This document shows, in pieces, positions 25,875 to 32,553 of a stretch of 32,553 bases of DNA (position 1 is the stretch's first letter; each line of letters begins with the position of its first letter). The stretch is from the IMG/VR virus record IMGVR_UViG_3300025876_000070, positions 1-32,553 of that record; one strand, given 5' to 3'. The notes under the pieces are model-generated. The model did no database searches. It was given only the letters and a program-made list of their open reading frames with translations, and was not told the origin of the DNA. Source of the DNA: a virus (Duplodnaviria > Caudoviricetes). Position numbers and translations under genes: made by a program.

Positions 25875-26786
25875 CTAAATAAACATTGAGGCAACTTGCC
25901 CTGCACCAGCTATTGCTGCACCTAAACCACCACCGCTTGTTGTCTGTGTGCCTCTTGAGTCTTGTAACATTGGTGTATTGCCTAACAAACCTAACTGTAA
26001 TTGTGCGCGTCTATATGGGTCATCATATGCCATTAAATATGCTTGATATTGTGCATCTAGTTCAGCTTGTTCTTGTCCTCTTTCAAGTTGCCCTAAACTA
26101 CCGCGCATAGCTGCTTCACGCATATCAGCATCTGACATTTGCCCAGCCATATCGCCTAATAATCCTGCACCGCGTAATCTTAACTGTGCGCCACTTAGTC
26201 CAGCTTGTTGATTTGCTAAATCAGCTTGCATCTGCCTTGCAGCATCTTGCTGATACATAGCAGAAGCTTGCTGAAAACCTTGTGATCTTAAATCAGCACC
26301 TGTTCTTGCCGCTATATCACCAAAGTTTCTGTCACTTTCAGCTTGCTGTATTGCTTGCCTTGAACCACCAAACGCAGCAGACTTAGCGGCATCAGCATCA
26401 ATGCGCTCTGCGGTCTGTCCACGTTGTCTTTCTATCTCAGATAATTGTGCATCAATAACTTGCTGTTGGAATGGGTTTGTGTATGCAGACAAATCGGCAT
26501 TAGCAAAGTTCTGCGCTTGTACTTGCTCTGGCGTGTATTGTGCGCCTGTTTGTACCATACCCGTTGCATCACCTAACAAACCTCTTGTGCCTTCAGATTG
26601 TTGTAAATATGTGTTTATAGCGTCGCGCTCTAAATCATTGACTCCAGCCACTCTTTGCCCTGAATAAGGTGTAAACTCTTGGCCCATTAACTGATTTATA
26701 TTGCCACTAATAGTATTATATTGCTGTCTTGAAAACTCATCAAGGCTATTGTCTTGCGTTGTTTCTACTTTTTTCTTACCGCCCAT
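25875..26786 (-). CDS. Ejection/pilot protein (P22 gp7 position)
   Basis: MGGKKK start (TGATG coupling), Q/A-rich, YTNPFQQQVID, AFGGSRQ and a Gly-rich hydrophobic C-terminus. Confidence 0.7.
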   Translation of the reverse strand: MGGKKKVETTQDNSLDEFSRQQYNTISGNINQLMGQEFTPYSGQRVAGVNDLERDAINTYLQQSEGTRGLLGDATGMVQTGAQYTPEQVQAQNFANADLSAYTNPFQQQVIDAQLSEIERQRGQTAERIDADAAKSAAFGGSRQAIQQAESDRNFGDIAARTGADLRSQGFQQASAMYQQDAARQMQADLANQQAGLSGAQLRLRGAGLLGDMAGQMSDADMREAAMRGSLGQLERGQEQAELDAQYQAYLMAYDDPYRRAQLQLGLLGNTPMLQDSRGTQTTSGGGLGAAIAGAGQVASMFI

Positions 26787-27157
26787 CAGAGCCTCCATAT
26801 TAAGGTTTTGCCATGCTCAACAAAACCAAGTTTTTTTAATAATCTGTTCCAGCCTTTGCGGTGGTCAAATGTCATAATAAAGTCACCGCCTAAGTCTTTT
26901 ACGTGTTTTTTTGCGGCATCTACTAAAAGATAAAAGTCTTTTAAGTCACCACCATATAGCCAAACATTTAATCCAACAGTGCCATCAGACTTTTTAGCTA
27001 CTTGCGTTATTGCAGCGCTGTTATTAGCTGGCCAATACTGCGCATCATCATTAGCTACAGCCTTTACAACGTCATCAAACGTATGTTTGTGACCTGATCG
27101 CGCTAATGCGTTTACAATTTGCTCTTTATGGTTCTCTATATTCACAGAGCTGTCCAT
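26786..27157 (-). CDS. GNAT-fold virion assembly protein
   Basis: LNVWLYGGDL...RKGWNRLLKKLGF; usual position between nozzle and ejection genes. Confidence 0.6.
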   Translation of the reverse strand: MDSSVNIENHKEQIVNALARSGHKHTFDDVVKAVANDDAQYWPANNSAAITQVAKKSDGTVGLNVWLYGGDLKDFYLLVDAAKKHVKDLGGDFIMTFDHRKGWNRLLKKLGFVEHGKTLIWRL

Positions 27158-27351
27158 GTTAATACTCCAGAGTTATCAATACTTGCACTATAGCGCGTTC
27201 CGTTCGGGCTTGTAAGTATTAATCTATTACTTGCGTTTATATTTATATCTTCATTGATCTTACGTGTTTGCGTCATCTCATATGTAATATTACGACGTGT
27301 TTCTGTTTCATTGATCAGATCATATGTTGGCATTGCGTCAGGCAGTCTCAT
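27142..27351 (-). CDS. Small tail-associated protein
   Basis: MRLPDA start (ATGA overlap); RLILTSPNGTRY...IDNSGVL beta motif. Confidence 0.7.
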   Translation of the reverse strand: MRLPDAMPTYDLINETETRRNITYEMTQTRKINEDININASNRLILTSPNGTRYSASIDNSGVLTWTAL

Positions 27352-28826
27352 CGTTTGCTCCCCGGTATCACTTCTATACGCGGTATACCTAAACGCCAAT
27401 TAGTTGACTCTGCACCTACAGCTTTTACTAGCATTTGTCTGCCATGTACCCTAACAGGTACAGGCTGCTGTGTTGCCGTATAAGGGCCAAAACTACGCTC
27501 TGCGCTGTTAGGGTATATCTTAGTCTTAAAAGTCATGCTCACGTCGCCCTGTGCGCTTTCATCAGGGTATATAAACGTCACATTTGCTGTAGTTTCACCA
27601 ACACCAAGCTCAACAGGCCCATGCTCAATAAAACTAACATCGCCATTGTGATCATAACCAAATTCATGGTCATATATCTTACCAGTAGCATCTACAGCTA
27701 TTGGATATGGTAATGGCGCTTTGTCTGTCGCGCATAGTCGCGATAAACTGCCTTTATTCCAATGTCCTTCTCTGTAGTCATAAACCACATATTTGTCATT
27801 TTCAGTGCTATCAGCACTAGGGTAAAACCACCAAACTTCACCAAATGATGCGTTATGCCAAGCAGTAACTTTACTAATTTGCGCCCTATTAATATCTTTA
27901 AACACTGCATCATGCACATCGCATTTTATTGGTTGGCTGTAACCTGTATAAACATAAAAATTTTCATGTGACATCCAATATGCTGCGCCATCAGCCGTTG
28001 TCACCGCACCAGCAGATACTAAACCACCACCAGCATTATCTTGTGGGAATCCGTACACTAATGGCGGCCCTAGATATACAACACGCCATACATCTTTATC
28101 TGTAAAAATAAGGCTACCACCTTTTACATTGACAGCATTTAATATTGTACCAGCTGTTTGTAAGCTAAAATTACCAGCTTGGTTGTTAGCTGCTGCTGTC
28201 CATTGGTTTCTATCTTCTTGATCTGACCAAGCAACATCTCTTGGCACTCCTGCTGCGCCAAGGCACATTACAATACGTTCTGGCGTTACCAATACAGCTC
28301 TATTATCTACAGGCGCATTTGTTACTTGTGTGGCATCAACATTGACGTTTACATTCCATTCGTACAGTTTGCCGTCATCAGGCAATACACCTAACAATAT
28401 CTGACCAAAAGTATCTAGTGACCATATACTTGCAGGGTTTGTAGTGCTCACCACAGCTGGGTTACTAACTCCATACGGCCCTTGTCCATATAAACCTGTA
28501 CCAAATCCAGCACCTGTGTCTGCATCTGCACGCCCGGCAGTTAATCCGCTAGGCGTAATATCTGTTACAGCACCGCCAGCTGTCATAGCATATAAATGGC
28601 TATTTGTTCCTATCGCAGCCCATACTTGATTGTTGTTATCACGCCAAGATATAACACGTCTTGCCTTACCGCTTACAGTTGTAGTTGTTCTTTGCCTCCA
28701 GCCACCCATCGGCCCCAATGCACCAAACTGCCAACGCACAAGATTAGCATCAAAGTTACGGCCTTTAGACTGATACTCTGTTCCGTTGGTGTATACACCT
28801 GGTGGTATGTTTAATGGTACTAACAT
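27348..28826 (-). CDS. Tail nozzle / packaged-DNA stabilisation protein (P22 gp10, T7 gp12-like)
   Basis: 492 aa, beta-rich with propeller-like repeats (VAWSDQED, EVWWFYPS, YDYREGHW); follows the adaptor. Confidence 0.75.
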   Translation of the reverse strand: MLVPLNIPPGVYTNGTEYQSKGRNFDANLVRWQFGALGPMGGWRQRTTTTVSGKARRVISWRDNNNQVWAAIGTNSHLYAMTAGGAVTDITPSGLTAGRADADTGAGFGTGLYGQGPYGVSNPAVVSTTNPASIWSLDTFGQILLGVLPDDGKLYEWNVNVNVDATQVTNAPVDNRAVLVTPERIVMCLGAAGVPRDVAWSDQEDRNQWTAAANNQAGNFSLQTAGTILNAVNVKGGSLIFTDKDVWRVVYLGPPLVYGFPQDNAGGGLVSAGAVTTADGAAYWMSHENFYVYTGYSQPIKCDVHDAVFKDINRAQISKVTAWHNASFGEVWWFYPSADSTENDKYVVYDYREGHWNKGSLSRLCATDKAPLPYPIAVDATGKIYDHEFGYDHNGDVSFIEHGPVELGVGETTANVTFIYPDESAQGDVSMTFKTKIYPNSAERSFGPYTATQQPVPVRVHGRQMLVKAVGAESTNWRLGIPRIEVIPGSKR

Positions 28827-29290
28827 TAACTAAAACTCACTGTAACTGTATCTGAATTTATTACGTTGTTATCGGCATCTGTTACTTGGCATCTATAAAC
28901 AGCATTGCCTGCTGATAACGCATAATTAAAACTAAATCTTGTAGTGTACTGCGTAGGCAGTTGTGGAAACAGATTTATACTACTCACAGTGCCAGATACA
29001 TAAAACCATTGATATGTAAATGGCGCTTTACCACCTGTAACTGTTACCGCTGTGTAACCAGTGCCGGGGCTACTTGTAACGCCTGTGTAACTGCCCAGTG
29101 ATGAGTTGTATGATGTAGAGCCAGACAGTGTTGTTTGCGTTAGTGTTGCTTCAAATGCAGTAGAAACAACTTCCCATGCGCTTCCATTCCATCTCTTTAC
29201 ACCACTGTTAGGTTCCACCCACGCACTACCATTGTAATACTTAGCTGTTACCTCTGCAAATGCAGTGCCGTTATAAGTTTTAATCGCCAT
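28826..29290 (-). CDS. Tail appendage protein with Ig-like C-terminal domain
   Basis: Three YNG/WNG-SAW repeats, then VTGGKAPFTYQW...YRCQVTDA. Confidence 0.65.
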   Translation of the reverse strand: MAIKTYNGTAFAEVTAKYYNGSAWVEPNSGVKRWNGSAWEVVSTAFEATLTQTTLSGSTSYNSSLGSYTGVTSSPGTGYTAVTVTGGKAPFTYQWFYVSGTVSSINLFPQLPTQYTTRFSFNYALSAGNAVYRCQVTDADNNVINSDTVTVSFS

Positions 29291-29865
29291 TATGCCGTTG
29301 TATCAAACCAAATGTCATCTGTTAATGGGCTTGTAGGCGCTGTATTGCCTACAGTTATTGTTCTTCCATTACCGCTTGCGTGTGCTACTTTGCTATCTAA
29401 TGCAGCTTGCAGACCGCTTGTTTGCGCTATTGTTAGTGTATCATCTGCTATTGTGCCAACGCTTGTATCAAGTGTAAAATCACCTGTGCCGTCAAATGCT
29501 ATGCTGCCTGTAACAACGCCTGTTAATGTAACAGTTCTTGCAGTAGACCATTTATCCGCTGACGTTGCATTTCCTGTCAATACAGCATCAGTGCCATCTG
29601 TACCAGATTCCAGTATTTTGCTTGTACCATCACTTGCAAATACATCGCCTATAACATCACCTGTAAGATTACCAACAAATGTCGGCCCTGTTACTGTGCC
29701 TGTAAATGTAGGGCTTGCTATTGGCGCTTTAGTATTAGCTAAGTTTTCATTAGTTTTTACTTGCGCATCAATCGCTATCTGCGTGTTATTTAAATCACCG
29801 CCCCATGTGTCCTGTGCAGTATTTGGTAGGTTGTATGTCCAGCCATAGTTAGTTGTTGTAGGCAT
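29290..29865 (-). CDS. Short tail fibre / fibre-anchoring protein
   Basis: MPTTTNYGW..P...DTWGGDLN N-terminus, KAPIASPTFTG, GLQAALDSK, APTSPLTDDIWFD. Confidence 0.7.
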   Translation of the reverse strand: MPTTTNYGWTYNLPNTAQDTWGGDLNNTQIAIDAQVKTNENLANTKAPIASPTFTGTVTGPTFVGNLTGDVIGDVFASDGTSKILESGTDGTDAVLTGNATSADKWSTARTVTLTGVVTGSIAFDGTGDFTLDTSVGTIADDTLTIAQTSGLQAALDSKVAHASGNGRTITVGNTAPTSPLTDDIWFDTTA

Positions 29866-29866
29866 A

Positions 29867-30478
29867 TCAATAGTATCCCGCTGTTGCGTTTATCATTTGT
29901 GGTTTTGTTCCTGACATTCTGCGCTTGTCCTGATCATTCAATGCCCTGACAGCATCTTCAAACAAACTAGCCCAGACAGGTAATCTGCTGTCATCATTTA
30001 AAAATGGTGCAGCGTGTAATAATGTACCATACAAATATATTTGCGGTGATTTACTCAATAACCAATTTGTATCTACATCATTTACTAAAGGCGTTACTTC
30101 AGCCAAGTACCTCATAATGCCAATAGTAGCATCCGGGGGAAACGGATAAAATAATAATTTAGTGCCTTGTATGGAGTAAAATCTAGGTATGCCAGAATCA
30201 GCGCCAATGCCATCTAATGCGTTGTGTGGTACATATTGCAATGGATATTCAGAGCTTTTCATCTGTATATTACGCATCTCTAAAAAGTTTGTAGGCAATG
30301 TTGTTTGACCTACATTTATAGTAAACTCAGTGTATTCTTCCATTTCAGATACATTGACTTTGCGGTTAACGCTTTCTTCATTCATTTTAATAAAATTAGG
30401 TATTTGTGCAGTCAAATCATCACGATTTAACGTGTCATTTATAACTGTTTTTAATTCGCCTAGATTTGCAAATGCCAT
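29867..30478 (-). CDS. Head-tail adaptor (tail tubular protein A-like)
   Basis: LNRDDLTAQIPNFI, LPTNFLE, GIPRFY, TNWLL...YLYGTLLHAAPFL. Confidence 0.8.
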   Translation of the reverse strand: MAFANLGELKTVINDTLNRDDLTAQIPNFIKMNEESVNRKVNVSEMEEYTEFTINVGQTTLPTNFLEMRNIQMKSSEYPLQYVPHNALDGIGADSGIPRFYSIQGTKLLFYPFPPDATIGIMRYLAEVTPLVNDVDTNWLLSKSPQIYLYGTLLHAAPFLNDDSRLPVWASLFEDAVRALNDQDKRRMSGTKPQMINATAGYY

Positions 30479-30480
30479 AA

Positions 30481-30810
30481 CTACACCTTAAACTGCGCTA
30501 CTCGCAATGCCTGAAACTCATTACTGTTTAATTTTTCTACAACACGAGGCCAATGGTCTTCATTAAATACATCAATGCCTTCTGTTGCTTTCCAATGCTG
30601 TATTAAACCTAATGGTATTGTGCCAACTTTAACTAAATCAGCCTTACCTAGTGTGCCTTTAGCATCATACTGCTGTCTTTTATTGTCATCTAATATTTTA
30701 GTGACATCTTGTTCTGTTTTTACATACATTTCATCTGTTGCACTATCGACTGCAAGGCTATGCTTCATGCCTGTTGCTGCATCGTATGAAAATGGTTTAA
30801 AACTACTCAT
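30481..30810 (-). CDS. Hypothetical protein of the head module
   Basis: QDVTKILDDNK...VGTIP...KLNSNEF pattern, recalled from genes near SU10-type capsids. Confidence 0.7.
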   Translation of the reverse strand: MSSFKPFSYDAATGMKHSLAVDSATDEMYVKTEQDVTKILDDNKRQQYDAKGTLGKADLVKVGTIPLGLIQHWKATEGIDVFNEDHWPRVVEKLNSNEFQALRVAQFKV

Positions 30811-30811
30811 G

Positions 30812-31030
30812 TTAATCCCTTGCTACAACTAGGTCGTTATTCTCTAACAGTTTAGCCTGATTTGCGTCTGTTTTAAAGATATCGCCTTTTTTATAGCATA
30901 ACTCAGTACCATCTTCGCTTAATTTGCCTGTTCTTATTTGTGCTATGCCGCCCTTTTTAGTGACTATACACTCAACGCGATCATCTTTTACTTTGGCTTT
31001 AATTTTTGGTGCTGCTTTTGCCTTTGGCAT
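30812..31030 (-). CDS. Hypothetical protein after the MCP
   Basis: 72 aa with AGGAG SD. Confidence 0.7.
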   Translation of the reverse strand: MPKAKAAPKIKAKVKDDRVECIVTKKGGIAQIRTGKLSEDGTELCYKKGDIFKTDANQAKLLENNDLVVARD

Positions 31031-31050
31031 ATCTTTCTCCTGTATATGTA

Positions 31051-31072
31051 GGGGCTAGCATATGCCAGCCCC
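31051..31072 (-). terminator. Hairpin downstream of the MCP
   Basis: GGGGCTGGC-ATAT-GCTAGCCCC (one G-U pair on the minus strand), with no U-tract. Confidence 0.5.
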
Positions 31073-31088
31073 CGGTGTTTACCTAATA

Positions 31089-32048
31089 CTAGGTTAAGTC
31101 TGCGGCCACGCCTAGACCTTTTTCGTTTTTCACGATAAGTGTCATATCACCAAGGATTTGACCTTTTTCGTTGTCACCAGTTTTGGATAGTTCTTCATAA
31201 CGTGGTGAACGTAATGTGCCTAGTGTACACATGGATGGGTCTACAAATAGAGCATCGCGTGTTAGGCCATACTGTACTGGTATTATAGTTAGTTTGCCGT
31301 GGTTAGACAGATAAACGTCTGCACCGCCAACAACTACGCCTTCATCCATTCCGTTGATTTCATAGCGGTTAGCTGCAAGTCCAGCAAATCCAGCGAATGT
31401 TGCTTTGTGAGCAGCACTCATGTAGATTTGTGAGAATGTAGCGCCATTATTAAATCCAGATTGGATTACGGCATCCATTATAGCTTTAGTGAAAGTACGC
31501 TGTGTACCATTTGTAGCGGCAGCACAATCTGTTCCGCTATATCCACCATTAGCACCACCTGTACCGCGTGACACGTTTGAAGTTGCCCATGCTAATGCAC
31601 CAGCAGCTTTACGGCCATTTGCACCTGATTCTTCAGATGAAGCGTAGTTACCAATGAAACGAGCTTCAAAGTCACGCTTTAGCTCAATACCTTTGATAAG
31701 CTTTTGTCTAGCCATTTCTGACGCTACGCCAGCTGAGTCAACAGCTTCTTGTATGCCAGCTACAACTACCGCACGCTTTTTAGTTTGTACGCGGTTAGCA
31801 ACACGTGTTCTTGTGTTAGCTTCGAATGATGTAGTATCATCACCATCAACTTGTGCTGAAGCAGCATCTGGAGTTGCTAGTGTTTCTGTTTGCCACTCAT
31901 GTCTTGTAGCCGTAACTTTTACGCCACCGCCTTTAATGTTTGAGCAGAATGGTGTTTTCTCAGGAGCAACGCGCTCAATGAGGTTTGAGAGGTCTTCTCT
32001 GTTGCCAGCAACACCTGCTGGTACGATTGTGTTTGTTGGTGCAGCCAT
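31089..32048 (-). CDS. Major capsid protein (SU10/DUF5309 family)
   Basis: GNREDLSNLI...PEKTPF, HEWQTETL, NRVQT, ELKRDFE, ELSKTGDNEK; AGGAG SD. Confidence 0.92.
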   Translation of the reverse strand: MAAPTNTIVPAGVAGNREDLSNLIERVAPEKTPFCSNIKGGGVKVTATRHEWQTETLATPDAASAQVDGDDTTSFEANTRTRVANRVQTKKRAVVVAGIQEAVDSAGVASEMARQKLIKGIELKRDFEARFIGNYASSEESGANGRKAAGALAWATSNVSRGTGGANGGYSGTDCAAATNGTQRTFTKAIMDAVIQSGFNNGATFSQIYMSAAHKATFAGFAGLAANRYEINGMDEGVVVGGADVYLSNHGKLTIIPVQYGLTRDALFVDPSMCTLGTLRSPRYEELSKTGDNEKGQILGDMTLIVKNEKGLGVAADLT

Positions 32049-32069
32049 CTTAATATCTCCTGTTGATAG

Positions 32070-32553
32070 CTAACTCGATAACAATAACGCTACAGCATCA
32101 TCTAATGAATTAGACTTGTTGAAACGCTTTGCAGCACGAGCTTTTCTTAATGAATTTGCATTGCCTGCTGATTTGCCTTTTGACTTGATTGCCTTGGGCA
32201 CAGGTTTTGCGCTAGTTTTTGAAAGCTTCTTCTGACTATCTCGGTATTTAATACCATCATAGGCCAAAGCTAACATTCCGGGTTTTGCAAATCTGAGTTC
32301 TTCAGGTGTCGCGCCAAGTGATAACAACGTCTTAGTCAATGTTTGTTGTATCTCCGGGCCTTTCACAACATCTAATAAATCTGGGAATAATTTAGGTGCA
32401 TTTGCAAAGTTTTCTTGCAATATCTGTTGTTCATATTCTTTTTGTGCAGTGACCGCAGATTCTTTATGAACCTCTAGGGCTTGCGACTCAGCTTCAAACA
32501 ACGCTTTGTTTTGCAAGTATTCAGATGGGTTTCTTTGTGACATCTCTACCCAG
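32070..32553 (-). CDS. Capsid scaffolding protein, 3' part
   Basis: In frame with 633..1 through the terminal overlap; basic C-terminus ending SLDDAVALLLSS just upstream of the MCP. Confidence 0.85.
   Translation of the reverse strand, partial: WVEMSQRNPSEYLQNKALFEAESQALEVHKESAVTAQKEYEQQILQENFANAPKLFPDLLDVVKGPEIQQTLTKTLLSLGATPEELRFAKPGMLALAYDGIKYRDSQKKLSKTSAKPVPKAIKSKGKSAGNANSLRKARAAKRFNKSNSLDDAVALLLSS
32409..32553. repeat. Terminal direct repeat, copy 2
   Basis: 144/145 identical to 1-145. Confidence 0.95.

Noticed and set aside
1-32553. Alternative genetic code or programmed capsid frameshift
   Set aside because: Genes are full length and tightly packed under the standard code, all three stops are used, and no slippery site is seen at the MCP end.

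Overview
This looks like a complete, circularly permuted ~32.4 kb dsDNA phage genome; bases 1-145 repeat at 32409-32553 with one synonymous SNP. The virion module is podovirus-like: TerS/TerL, P22-type portal, scaffold split across the contig ends, SU10/DUF5309-type capsid, adaptor, nozzle, three ejection proteins, an S74-chaperone tail fibre, and M15 endolysin with holins. The early region is lambdoid and divergent. The left arm carries a Cro-like gene, HNH, DUF1064, a DUF1376 initiator and a methyltransferase (MTase); the right arm carries ERF, YqaJ, SSB, a second MTase, NinB and DUF5664. I recognised no integrase, CI, DNA polymerase or RNA polymerase. A GcrA-like protein suggests an alphaproteobacterial host (inference). 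Four signals stand out. (1) An unannotated ~75-nt two-hairpin RNA (9430-9504) has loops that are exact complements of the ribosome-binding sites of five early genes. (2) All 41 CCGG sites I counted by eye lie inside CCSGG, while CCWGG is scarce, in a genome with two MTases. (3) A NusG/RfaH paralog sits in the lambda-Q position ahead of a structured late leader and a ~23 kb operon. (4) One ejection protein carries an ADP-ribosyltransferase-like domain and a motif duplicated at both termini. All family assignments come from motif recognition by eye; no searches were run.
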